Positions 39,269 through 48,715 of a stretch of 64,000 nucleotides of DNA are shown here, one piece after another. Under the pieces are notes generated by a model. It ran no database searches. It saw only the letters and a list, made by a program, of their open reading frames with translations, and was not told where the DNA came from. Each line of letters opens with the position of its first letter. Positions within the stretch are counted from its first letter, which is position 1. The DNA comes from an uncultured archaeon (lineage in GTDB: Archaea > Asgardarchaeota > Heimdallarchaeia > Heimdallarchaeales > Kariarchaeaceae), in NCBI GenBank assembly GCA_964645535.1, contig CAZYCQ010000006.1:1-64000 (forward strand). The letters run 5' to 3'. A program made the position numbers and the translations under genes.

Positions 39269-40699
39269 ATTGATTCGTGGGAAGCTCTGCAATCTAGGAC
39301 GAATTTTCGGAATAATTCCAAGCCTTTCCAAAAGACCGACACGTCCAGGTTGCAGAAGGTAGAAATCTCTTGCGAGTTCAGGATCAAGGACGTATCTTCC
39401 ATCAAAAACAATTTTGTTCGAGAGCAACAAGGGATTGAGTTCCTTAAATTCCTGATGGTCAGTCACAATGATTACGATGCTTGCCCAATCCAAGGCCTTT
39501 TCCAATGACTGATCTTCAAATCCGATGCCATTTCCAAAGAGGCGGTCAATTTCTTCGGCAGAATAGAGGGGATCAAAGATTTTAACTCCCAACGGATTTT
39601 TTTCTCTTACCAGAGGTAACAATCTGAGTGTGGGAGAGAGGCGGTGTTCTTTTACTCCTCCTCGATAGGCCAAACCTAGAACCAGCACATTTCTCTTCCA
39701 ATCAGGTGTTACAAGATCAATCATATCGAGGGCATACTCGACCATGTAGTCATTTGTCAATCTTCCTTCCACAAAGATTGTGGGAAGAAACTCATTTTCC
39801 TTCCCTTTTTGGATGACAAAATGTGGATAGACAGGAATGCAATGACCTCCAACTCCGATACCGGGGGTGTGAATATGCGAGAAGGGTTCGGTATTTGCAA
39901 CCTGTATAACTTCAAGAATGTCCACTCCTAGGCTGTCAGCAAGAATTGCCAATTGGTTGGCAATAGCGATATTGGCATCTCGATAGGCACCCTTGAAGGT
40001 TTTTATGGCTTCTGCCGTTGTTGCATCAGAAACCTGGATGACTCCCTTGACAACAAATTGTTCGTAAAGAATTTTAGCGAGTTCTCCACTTCTCTTATCG
40101 ACACCACCAACAATTTTCGGATAATTCTCTTCAATATCCTTTATCGCCCTTCCCGAAAAAGTCCTTTCTGGAGCAAAAACCAGTCCAAAGTCGGAACCGA
40201 TTCGATATCCCTGTTCTTCAAGGTATGGAGCAATGACCTCAGCAGTGGTTTTTGGAGGCAGAGTGCTTTCCTGAATGAAAACGGCGCCCTTTGGAGCCAT
40301 TTGCGCAAGATTGCGGTATGTCTCAAGCAATCCATCCAAAGCAGCATTTCCGTGGTCGTCTGTAAGTACAGGAATGATAATCACAATGAATGAGGTACCA
40401 TCTACCGCTTCCCCTACATCAGTGGTGGCATGGAAGAGTCCTTTCTTCACGGCTTGTTGCAATCTTTCAGGAACTTGGGGTTCATCAATGATTGTTTCTC
40501 CCCGGTTCAGCATTTCCACAGTTTCAGGGACGATGTCAAGCCCTTTGACATTGAATCCTGCATTGGTGAAAACAGTAGCCAAAGGAAGACCCATTTTGCC
40601 AAGCCCGACCACTGTCACCGTTACATCCCGGGCTTCAATCTTTCGTCTTGCTTCTTCTAGATTGACCGTAAGAATGGACACAATTGGAGATAGGAACAA
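39260..40699 (-). CDS. Nucleotide-sugar dehydrogenase (UDP-ManNAc/GlcNAc dehydrogenase, WecC-like)
   Basis: GLGKMG, ESTLPP, APER, PGIGVGGHCIP, GLAYR. Confidence 0.93.
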   Translation of the reverse strand: MFLSPIVSILTVNLEEARRKIEARDVTVTVVGLGKMGLPLATVFTNAGFNVKGLDIVPETVEMLNRGETIIDEPQVPERLQQAVKKGLFHATTDVGEAVDGTSFIVIIIPVLTDDHGNAALDGLLETYRNLAQMAPKGAVFIQESTLPPKTTAEVIAPYLEEQGYRIGSDFGLVFAPERTFSGRAIKDIEENYPKIVGGVDKRSGELAKILYEQFVVKGVIQVSDATTAEAIKTFKGAYRDANIAIANQLAILADSLGVDILEVIQVANTEPFSHIHTPGIGVGGHCIPVYPHFVIQKGKENEFLPTIFVEGRLTNDYMVEYALDMIDLVTPDWKRNVLVLGLAYRGGVKEHRLSPTLRLLPLVREKNPLGVKIFDPLYSAEEIDRLFGNGIGFEDQSLEKALDWASIVIIVTDHQEFKELNPLLLSNKIVFDGRYVLDPELARDFYLLQPGRVGLLERLGIIPKIRPRLQSFPRINLT

Positions 40700-40728
40700 T
40701 TCATATTAAATCTTTAGAATTTGTTCTT

Positions 40729-41007
40729 TCAATAGCGGATTTCAAAGGAACCAAATTTTTCCCCCTCATTGGGATCAAGATTGGTTACTTCAACCACATC
40801 CACCTTTGCCCTCTTGGGACCTACTTTTGCCCATTCGATGAACCTGTTCACCGCTTCATCATCTCCATATACCTCGGCTTCAACATCCCCATTTGGAAGA
40901 TTTCGGACATAGCCAAAGACACCAAGCCTATCTGCCTCGATTTTTGCGGACTTTCTATAGAACACTCCTTGGACAATTCCGGATATTCTGAGTTTTACCC
41001 GTTTCAT
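40729..41007 (-). CDS. acyP: Acylphosphatase
   Basis: GIVQGVFYR, GYVRNLPNGDVE. Confidence 0.96.
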   Translation of the reverse strand: MKRVKLRISGIVQGVFYRKSAKIEADRLGVFGYVRNLPNGDVEAEVYGDDEAVNRFIEWAKVGPKRAKVDVVEVTNLDPNEGEKFGSFEIRY

Positions 41008-41129
41008 TAATCAAATTAGCAGAGGATACCTATTTAGGATTTTCCCCTTTTCAAAGATTACCGGTTCACTCAAACTAAAACCTGTTGATTATGGGAAAAA
41101 TTAAGAGATTTGAATGAAAGGAAGGAATA

Positions 41130-42488
41130 ATGAATGTTGACCATATATTCCGAGCTTACGACATTAGGGGGATCGTTGGCGAGGATTTGACGGAGGAAGT
41201 AATTAATCGCATTGGAAAGGCCTTTGCAGTTTTCATCAGGAAGCGGGGTCATGATGTCGTGGCTGTTGGAGGCGACATAAGAGGAACCACATCGGAACTT
41301 CAACGGTCTCTTATTAATGGGATCACCGAAATGGGAGTCAATGTCCATCTTGTGGAGACGGGCCCCTTGGGATTGGCTCTCTTTGAATCCTTCGATCGAA
41401 AACTTGGAGCAAGTGCTTTTGTTACAGCTTCCCATCTCCCACCTGAATGGAACGGAGTTAAGTTCTATTGGGGGGAGGGAATAGGCTTTTCTCCTGAGGA
41501 AAACGAAGAAATCCACGACTTGTTCAGACAAAATGAATTTGCCCCTGCTGAGAAACAGGGAACTGTCGAAAAGGTCTCCACTTACCAAAGATATGTAGAA
41601 TATCTGAAAGATAAGTTTGCTTTCGAAAAAGATCATGTGATCGGTGTTGATTGCGGCAATGGGGCAACTTCAGTCATAATGCCCCAACTTTTTGAGGATC
41701 TAGGATTCAAGGTTTACTCCATATTCGACGAGCCTGACCCCACCTTTCCCAACAGAACATCGGAACCAAATGCAGAATCTCTCAAGAAATTTGGAGAATT
41801 CCTGAAAACAAAGACAGTTGAATTTGGGGCGGGATTTGATGGAGATGGAGACAGATGCGTTTTCACAGACGAAAATGGACAGGTCATTCCATCAGACAAT
41901 GCTGGACTAATCATTGCAGAATATCTTGTCAAAACCAGTGGCAACCCCAGAGTCATCATCAATGAGGAATGCAGCAAAATTGTTGAAGATGAGCTTAAAA
42001 AAATGGGTGCTGAGGTTAAACGAATACGAGTTGGGCATTCATTCCTTTCTTTGGAGGCAAAGGCAACTAATTCGATCTGGGGAATTGAGGCTTCAGGCCA
42101 TGCAGTTGCACCTGAAATCTTTCTTTTCGACGATGCCCTTATACTCCCCTTGCTTATGGCAAAGGCTTTGGAATATCATGGAAAACCCCTTTCCGAACTG
42201 AATTCGAAAATCCCTTCCAGCGTTCGACAGCGATTTGACTTGAAATGCAATGATTCAGTCAAGTTCGAGTTGGTGGAAAAGCTTACCAAAATTTACAAGG
42301 AAAGGTATGCTCAAGTCAGCACTCTTGATGGAGTATCTGTTACCTTGCCTGAAGGGAGAGTTCTTGTCAGAGTATCCAATACTAGTCCAAAAATACGCGT
42401 GACTGTTGAAGCCCTGAATCAGGAAGATTTTGAAAACCTTCAAAAACGGTTCCTGCCAGAAATCCAAGACATGATCAATGGTTCTTGA
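41130..42488 (+). CDS. Phosphomannomutase/phosphoglucomutase
   Basis: FRAYDIRG, TASHLP, DGDGDR, EASGH, RVSNTSP. Confidence 0.95.
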   Translation: MNVDHIFRAYDIRGIVGEDLTEEVINRIGKAFAVFIRKRGHDVVAVGGDIRGTTSELQRSLINGITEMGVNVHLVETGPLGLALFESFDRKLGASAFVTASHLPPEWNGVKFYWGEGIGFSPEENEEIHDLFRQNEFAPAEKQGTVEKVSTYQRYVEYLKDKFAFEKDHVIGVDCGNGATSVIMPQLFEDLGFKVYSIFDEPDPTFPNRTSEPNAESLKKFGEFLKTKTVEFGAGFDGDGDRCVFTDENGQVIPSDNAGLIIAEYLVKTSGNPRVIINEECSKIVEDELKKMGAEVKRIRVGHSFLSLEAKATNSIWGIEASGHAVAPEIFLFDDALILPLLMAKALEYHGKPLSELNSKIPSSVRQRFDLKCNDSVKFELVEKLTKIYKERYAQVSTLDGVSVTLPEGRVLVRVSNTSPKIRVTVEALNQEDFENLQKRFLPEIQDMINGS

Positions 42489-42870
42489 TTGGTTGATTGA
42501 ATTCCAAGAGATTGCCGGACGGGTCTCTCAAATGAAATGTCCGGACTGACCAGTCCGGTCGATCCGTAGGATCCGAAAGAAGCACAATTCCATTTTCCTT
42601 GAATCGGTTTGCAAGGGAATCAACATCATCAGTCCGGAAAATAACCGCGATAGGGTCAGAACATTCATGGCATTTGGATTCATCTTTTAAGCCCAATGCC
42701 TGCTCCATCTTCTCTCGATCGAAGATTGCAAGAGTTGCACCTTCAGTGGAAAATTCAGCGTATTTGTTGGCATCATCGACAAATCGCACCTCAAACCCAA
42801 GCTTGTCTCGATAGAATGTAACCATTTCATCAAAACAATCAGTTAGGAGACGAACATAGTTCAGGTTCAT
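42475..42870 (-). CDS. VOC/glyoxalase family protein
   Basis: FYRDKLGF, DDVD, RDPSGNLLE. Confidence 0.9.
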   Translation of the reverse strand: MNLNYVRLLTDCFDEMVTFYRDKLGFEVRFVDDANKYAEFSTEGATLAIFDREKMEQALGLKDESKCHECSDPIAVIFRTDDVDSLANRFKENGIVLLSDPTDRPDWSVRTFHLRDPSGNLLEFNQPIKNH

Positions 42871-43126
42871 GGTCTATATTGGCACGTACCTCTTCAAATG
42901 GTTTTTTACAATCATTCAAATTCCCGCTAAAAAAACTCCTGCATCTTGGGTGTCTCAGAAACGCAAGATTTTGGAAAAGAAATACTGATTCGCAAAAGTG
43001 TTAATATGTGGGGGGAGGGAGGGAAGCCCCGTAAAAAAATTATCGGAGCTTCCAATTGTATTATGTCATCACACCTTATTATACCTTTTGTTATCAAATG
43101 AACTTTCTGTCGAGTTTGCGGCAATA

Positions 43127-43945
43127 TCAAGTCCTTTGGTAGATCACGGAAATCCATCTTTGCAGAGTCCCTGCCTTCATTCCTTCACGTGCTTCAGGTA
43201 GGAAGTCAATTTCCATCACCTCTTCCATAGCCTTATCTTCAGGAATCCCTTCATTCCGTAGCTTTTCACCAAGGTCAATGATCTTGCCCATGTATTCATG
43301 GTATGTCTTGATAACCTCAAGTGTATCTACAGGAGACCCATGACCTGGAATGACCCATTCGGGGCGAATCTCAAGGATTCTCTCCATTGCAGATTTCCAA
43401 TCATAAGGTGAGGCAGTTGGGTCTCCACCCCATGGAAATCGTCCTACAAACAGGTTATCCCCTGCAAAAATAACATTATCCGTTTTGAGATGAATAAGTA
43501 CAGAGCCAGAAGTATGTCCCCCTGTATGGATTATTTCCACATTGTCGATTTCTTCTGGAACAAAGGGATTAGTTGAAAAGACCCTGCTTGGAGGGGTCGG
43601 CTCAAGATCAAGGAACTGTTCATCCTGCTTCCTGACTCTGTCAAGGAATTCTTCAGTCATGTAATTTTTTTCAAAATTCTGGAGAGCCAACTGATGACCA
43701 TACATCGGCACGTCATGAAAAACCTGGCTCCCACCGGTATGGTCGAAGTGGTAATGGGTGAATACCCCACCCAACAATTGTCCTCCCCTAATGGTTTCAA
43801 GCGATTGACGAATCTCGCGTGCCACCTTGGGATACATGGATGTATCAATCAGAAATTTCCCGGATTCCAAGGCAATAAGACCGACATTTCCGACGGTACT
43901 TCCATCGGTGATGGCATAGACGTTTTCAGTCACTTTTTCGAACAT
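43127..43945 (-). CDS. Metallo-beta-lactamase fold hydrolase
   Basis: THYHFDH, GGHT, FAGD, IPGHG; likely ATG at 43945 (MFEKVTENV). Confidence 0.9.
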   Translation of the reverse strand: MFEKVTENVYAITDGSTVGNVGLIALESGKFLIDTSMYPKVAREIRQSLETIRGGQLLGGVFTHYHFDHTGGSQVFHDVPMYGHQLALQNFEKNYMTEEFLDRVRKQDEQFLDLEPTPPSRVFSTNPFVPEEIDNVEIIHTGGHTSGSVLIHLKTDNVIFAGDNLFVGRFPWGGDPTASPYDWKSAMERILEIRPEWVIPGHGSPVDTLEVIKTYHEYMGKIIDLGEKLRNEGIPEDKAMEEVMEIDFLPEAREGMKAGTLQRWISVIYQRT

Positions 43946-44120
43946 AATGAGCCATGATTGATGCAAATGATAAAAATGATTGGCTTGAGGTAAAAAAGCA
44001 CCAATATTTAGTGGAAAACAATCAATTGGACGAGATCCAAATTCATCACCACTATTCCGAAAATGCATAAGCGAAAATTTGTGGTCTTGATTCAGCATTT
44101 AATTTGAAATGTATTAGTGT

Positions 44121-45839
44121 GTGATTGTGACTCAAAAGGGACTGGGAAAACACTTTGTCGTGTTGATTATTGTGATAGGTGCAGGATACTTCTTGGCGCC
44201 ACAGGAAATGGAAGAAGGAAAGTATTCCTCCTCATTTATCCTTGATGGAAAAAAAGTTCAGGACATCTCTTTCATGGTCAGCAGCTTGAAGAGCAGCAAA
44301 ACAACCACTGCACGGTTCAATATTTCATCAACGACATTTGAGATTACCTATCTGGAAACCTATGCTAACGACCTAGGATCAAAAATTTGGTTTTCGGTGA
44401 GGGTTTTTAGCTTAAACGCCGATATCAGCAAAGAATATCGTGAAAGACTAAACCTGAGGGTTGAAGGATCCAATGAATTTGCCATCACACTTGCACCAAA
44501 ATATACAGGCACAATTGATTTTAGTTTCCGAGTTCTTAGATATTCACAGATCATCCTGCCTCTTCTCATGGCAATTGCTTACCTATGGTTGACTGAACTC
44601 ATTCCCCTCTCTGCCGCATCCCTCATTGTGCCGGCAGTCATAATCATTTTCGACATTGATACATCAACATCAGCTCTATCTCCCTTTTTCTCGAAAATTA
44701 TTGTCCTCTTTTTTTCAGGGTTTCTCCTTGCTAAAGCAATGCAACGGGTAAAGCTAGATGAATATTTATCATTGCTCATCCTCTCCAAGATACCACCAAA
44801 CGGAAACATTTTACTGTTAATTCTCATGAGCTTGACTGCCTTTTTTTCAATGTTCATGAGCAATACCGCGGCTGCCGCTGTTCTTATCCCACTTTCGCAA
44901 TCACTATTGGGAAAAATCGATGAAGATCATGAGACCTTTCAAAAAGTGACAGTGCTAGGCATCGCCTACGCCGCAACCATGGGAGGCATTGGATCACTTA
45001 TTGGAACACCACCAAACCTGATGGCGGTAGAGTTTGTCTCTTCATATGAAGGTGTCGAAATCGGTTTTCTTGATTGGTTCTTTTTTGGATTGCCTGTCAT
45101 GATGGTTATGATACCTATAATCTATCTTTACCTCAGATGGAAGTACAAACCGACAATTTCACGAAATGCGTTGAAAGAAACAAAGAGAACCGCACTTCTC
45201 ACCTTAAAGGAACATCATAAATTTTCAAAAGATCAATGGATTGTGTCAATCGTGTTCATCGGAATTGTTGGGTTTTGGCTAACAGAGCAGTTCCATAACA
45301 TCCATGCAGGAATTATCGCCTTGATCGCGGCAATCGTCCTGTTTTTTGCAGGACAGATACAGGAAGAGGACGTCAATTCAATCAACTGGAATGTTCTTCT
45401 TACTTTTGGTGGAGGAATCTCTCTCGGCTCGATCGTTCTGAAATCAGGACTTGCAGAATGGTTTGCCTCATTGTTCATTTCACTTAAAGGAAGTCCAATA
45501 TGGTTGATCCTCCTCAGTCTCGGAATTTTCGCCCTAATTCTCACTGCTTTTGCTTCAAACACCGCTTCAGCAGCCATCCTTATTCCAATTGCAATGCCTA
45601 TTGGTAATCTCTTCGGATTGAACCCTGTAACCTTGGCAATCTATATTGCAATCGTCTGCTCTGTCGATTTCGCAATTGTCATAGGCACTCCAACAACCCT
45701 GCTTGCATATAGTACTGGAATGTTCAAGGTCAAGGAGATTTTTCAAATCGGCATCATATTGGATCTAATAGGCCTGATCCTAACTTGGACTATGGCCGCA
45801 TTGCTATTTGAACTGAGTTTCCAAATCCTCTTTCCATAG
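44121..45839 (+). CDS. SLC13/DASS family sodium:dicarboxylate or sulfate symporter with N-terminal extension
   Basis: Two SNT motifs (MSNTA, ASNTA), IGTPPN, about 13 TMs. Confidence 0.92.
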   Translation: MIVTQKGLGKHFVVLIIVIGAGYFLAPQEMEEGKYSSSFILDGKKVQDISFMVSSLKSSKTTTARFNISSTTFEITYLETYANDLGSKIWFSVRVFSLNADISKEYRERLNLRVEGSNEFAITLAPKYTGTIDFSFRVLRYSQIILPLLMAIAYLWLTELIPLSAASLIVPAVIIIFDIDTSTSALSPFFSKIIVLFFSGFLLAKAMQRVKLDEYLSLLILSKIPPNGNILLLILMSLTAFFSMFMSNTAAAAVLIPLSQSLLGKIDEDHETFQKVTVLGIAYAATMGGIGSLIGTPPNLMAVEFVSSYEGVEIGFLDWFFFGLPVMMVMIPIIYLYLRWKYKPTISRNALKETKRTALLTLKEHHKFSKDQWIVSIVFIGIVGFWLTEQFHNIHAGIIALIAAIVLFFAGQIQEEDVNSINWNVLLTFGGGISLGSIVLKSGLAEWFASLFISLKGSPIWLILLSLGIFALILTAFASNTASAAILIPIAMPIGNLFGLNPVTLAIYIAIVCSVDFAIVIGTPTTLLAYSTGMFKVKEIFQIGIILDLIGLILTWTMAALLFELSFQILFP

Positions 45840-45893
45840 TCATCATTGCAGCAGAAGAGCAAAAGACTATGTTTTATATTCAATGTCAGAACC

Positions 45894-47099
45894 ATGATTG
45901 TGAAAACCTTCCCCAAAATGGTCAAATGGGAAGAAGCTATGCAACTGATTTCCTCCCATATTCGACCAATTGCTGATGAAGAACCAATCTCCATCAATGA
46001 TGCATATGGACGAATAGCAAGCAGAAACGTCACTGCAACCCGACAGATCCCAGCATTCCCCATGTCCCTCGTCGACGGATTTGCAGTCGCAGATGACTCT
46101 GGAGAATGGACAATTGTAGGAGAAGTCAAGATCGGAAAACAGCACCAGATCAAACTCGAAGAAGGACAATGTGCACGAATCGCAACAGGTGGGATAGTAC
46201 CCGAAGGAACATACGCCATTCTCAAAATAGAGGACGTTCAATTGACACAAACAGAAACACAAGGAACTGTCATCTATTCAAAAGAAATCAAAAAAGGAAA
46301 TGAATTCGTCCCGGCAGGAAGTGACATTCCCTTGGGAAAAACCATACTCAAACACGGCCAACGAATTGGCTTCAAAGAAATCACAGTACTATCCGCCCAA
46401 GGACATCCCGCAGTCTTCGTCAAACGAAAACCAAGAATCTTCCTGATCATCACTGGTCATGAAATCAAACCCCCAGGAGTAGAGCTGCAACATGGTGAAA
46501 CATACGATTCCACATCGGCAATGCTACGGGCACTTGTCACACGCCTAGGAGCAGAAATTCTTGAAGTCATCTATGTGGGAGAAGACGTCGATTCAATCAG
46601 AGCCGCTCTAGGACAGTCAATGCCCATCGCAGACCTCATCATAACAACAGGAGGAACATCGGTAGGAAAGGCAGACAACGTCGCAAAAACAATCGAAATG
46701 CTCGGTCAAATCATCTTCCATGGAATGAACGTCCGACCAGGAAAACCAATGCTCTTCGGAATGATTGAAGGAACACCAATCCTAGGATTCCCGGGATTTG
46801 TAACCTCAAGCCTCGTCATGGCTCACCTTCTCCTCCCAAAAGTCATTGCAGACCTCTATGGAATCCCTCCCATCGAATTGAAACAAACTCAAGTCCAACT
46901 GGCAAATGATATCAAAGGATACCTAGGATGGAACCGTATCATCCCAGGAAAAATCATCCAAGGAAAATTCCACTCAACTTTCAAAACAAGCGCAGCACTA
47001 AGCAGCTTCGCAGAATCTCAAGGATATATCCACCTGAAACCGGACGAGGAGATCGCAAGAAAAGGAGAAACCAGACTGTTCACCCACTTCATCAAATGA
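45894..47099 (+). CDS. moeA: Molybdopterin molybdenumtransferase MoeA
   Basis: SLVDGFAV, IATGG.VP, TGHEI, TTGGTSVG, RPGKP, GFPG; ATG at 45894. Confidence 0.93.
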   Translation: MIVKTFPKMVKWEEAMQLISSHIRPIADEEPISINDAYGRIASRNVTATRQIPAFPMSLVDGFAVADDSGEWTIVGEVKIGKQHQIKLEEGQCARIATGGIVPEGTYAILKIEDVQLTQTETQGTVIYSKEIKKGNEFVPAGSDIPLGKTILKHGQRIGFKEITVLSAQGHPAVFVKRKPRIFLIITGHEIKPPGVELQHGETYDSTSAMLRALVTRLGAEILEVIYVGEDVDSIRAALGQSMPIADLIITTGGTSVGKADNVAKTIEMLGQIIFHGMNVRPGKPMLFGMIEGTPILGFPGFVTSSLVMAHLLLPKVIADLYGIPPIELKQTQVQLANDIKGYLGWNRIIPGKIIQGKFHSTFKTSAALSSFAESQGYIHLKPDEEIARKGETRLFTHFIK

Positions 47100-47196
47100 A
47101 GCAAAATTCATTGACTAATCAGATTCGATCTGAAATGCAGACCATCAGCTTTACACAATGATTGCAACCTATGCCAGATACTCCATTGTAGCATCA

Positions 47197-47439
47197 GTTT
47201 CAATCCCTAATGGGTCTTCACCCTCTCATAACAAGTCAACATAGGATTTTAAAAAATGTAGACCCATGGTTTCAATCCCTTAAGGGTTCTCATCTCTCGC
47301 GACCAAGATTGACATGCTGAAAAACCATGGAGAAGGGTTCAAACCCTCATATGTTTTCAGCAGTTACAACAAGTCAACATATAATTTAAAAAAATGTGGG
47401 GTCATGGTTTCAATCCCTTATGGGTTATCATCTCTTGAC
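47197..47439. CRISPR. Degenerate CRISPR-like mini-array (4 repeats, 3 spacers), no adjacent cas genes
   Basis: 33-36 nt repeats at 47197, 47269, 47336 and 47407 with consensus GTTTCAATCCCT-N2/3-GGGT..TCA.CTCT...(G/A)AC, an internal CCC/GGG hairpin, and 32-36 nt spacers; the minus strand ends in ATTGAAAC; repeat 3 is strongly diverged. Confidence 0.65.
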
Positions 47440-47461
47440 AAAGACTAATTTTATAACTTAA

Positions 47462-48073
47462 GTCATTCTACATAAAATTTACGAAAACAAATATGACTTT
47501 TGCATCGATTCAAAAGAATCACAGTTTTCAGAAGCTGTCCTCATAAAATTCAAAATCACATCCAGATCAAGTAACTCACGAATTATTGCTATATTCATAC
47601 CAAGAAGAAACATAAAAATAGATGGTAAAGCATACGAAGACATCGTAAAAATTCTTTCCGAGAAGGCAAGAGTTGAAATCAAAAACCCCGCATATAGATT
47701 GACCCCATTACTCGAAAATATGGAAGAAGATATACGGCAGCTGAAATTAAGGATACTTGCAACATTTTTCACCCCACCACAGACTTTCTTCGCACCATCT
47801 GGAAGAATAATCTCCCTGCCCGAATTTAGTGTCAGAAACGGAAGGGACGTCCATATACTCGACCTAGAACAGCCAAGCCAGGAATTGATCCATATATTGG
47901 ATGAAATCGAATTCCTCCAACCTGTACTCAAAAACTTGGATCGAACAATAAGGAATTGGGCATATCAAACTACAGATACAACGATTAAAAACCTCATCGA
48001 AAAACTTACCAAAAATAACCAACCGTCCAAATTTGTTGAGATGCTGATTCAATGGCTCCAAAGATTCCGATGA
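47462..48073 (+). CDS. Hypothetical protein; start uncertain
   Basis: Frame is open for 203 codons from 47462 but the first ATG/GTG/TTG is TTG at 47699. Confidence 0.5.
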   Translation, partial: VILHKIYENKYDFCIDSKESQFSEAVLIKFKITSRSSNSRIIAIFIPRRNIKIDGKAYEDIVKILSEKARVEIKNPAYRLTPLLENMEEDIRQLKLRILATFFTPPQTFFAPSGRIISLPEFSVRNGRDVHILDLEQPSQELIHILDEIEFLQPVLKNLDRTIRNWAYQTTDTTIKNLIEKLTKNNQPSKFVEMLIQWLQRFR

Positions 48074-48193
48074 GAACCTTCCGAAAATTATAATTACTTC
48101 AAAATACTACTTCAATTGTCTACGGACGGACATGGAATTTCAGTGCGAGATTCGAAACATGGTGCTGAAAAACCAATAGTAGATCCTTCTAAA

Positions 48194-48283
48194 GGGCGTG
48201 TAGCTCAGCTTGGTAGAGCAGCGGGCTTTTAGGGTGTATTCAAAGATACCCGAAGGTCGAGGGTTCAAATCCCTCCACGCTCA
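48194..48283 (+). tRNA. tRNA-Lys(UUU) with 16-nt intron at 37/38 (48232-48247)
   Basis: GGGCGTG/CACGCTC acceptor stem, D-arm GCTC..GAGC, anticodon TTT at 48228-48230, T-arm GAGGG-TTCAAAT-CCCTC; CTTT/AAAG central helix with 3-nt bulges (BHB-like). Confidence 0.93.
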
Positions 48284-48340
48284 TATTTTTTTTGTGTGTA
48301 TTTTGTGGAAGGATTTATTATTGTTTTTTTCATTTTTGTG
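48284..48340 (+). terminator. Oligo-T archaeal terminator after tRNA-Lys
   Basis: T8 run immediately after the discriminator base, followed by further T-tracts. Confidence 0.55.
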
Positions 48341-48344
48341 AACG

Positions 48345-48692
48345 ATGGAAGATCGTATTATTCGGGAGCAATTTGAGGAAGTTTTGGATTATTTTCATGG
48401 TAATCGTTTTCGTATTTTATCGGATCGAGATGTTGACGGTCATCGTACGGTTACGTTATCTAAGTACGGAGCAATATTGGTTTTGGTTTTGGAGGGTAAT
48501 GTGATAGCTTTTGACACGTATGCAGATTTGAAGGCAGGCATTTATGAGTTGGGTGAATTGAATACGTTGGTCAGTGTTATGCTTCAGGCGAAGCGTATGT
48601 GTTTGGATCGTGGTTTTCGTGAGATGAATACAACGGAGCGTCTTTATCCTAGGGATCGTCGTGGTTCAGAGACACGGACGTCAGGCTTGTAG
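48345..48692 (+). CDS. Hypothetical protein
   Basis: 115-aa ATG-started ORF with extreme G/T-ending codon bias. Confidence 0.55.
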   Translation: MEDRIIREQFEEVLDYFHGNRFRILSDRDVDGHRTVTLSKYGAILVLVLEGNVIAFDTYADLKAGIYELGELNTLVSVMLQAKRMCLDRGFREMNTTERLYPRDRRGSETRTSGL

Positions 48693-48715
48693 TTTTTTTT
48701 TGCTGTTGTTATTTT

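Noticed and set aside
43010-43030. G-rich tract GGGGGGAGGGAGGGAAGCCCC as a G-quadruplex or ORB G-string
   Set aside because: Only three separated G-runs and no accompanying ORB inverted repeat; single occurrence.
47336-47350. Array repeats as att-site copies of the tRNA T-arm (integrated element)
   Set aside because: Similarity is limited to about 13 nt, it lies upstream of the tRNA, and no integrase is present; regular repeat-spacer periodicity fits a CRISPR origin better.
47479-47931. 150-aa minus-strand ORF
   Set aside because: Overlaps the longer + strand open frame and has low-complexity Ser/Ile-rich shadow composition.
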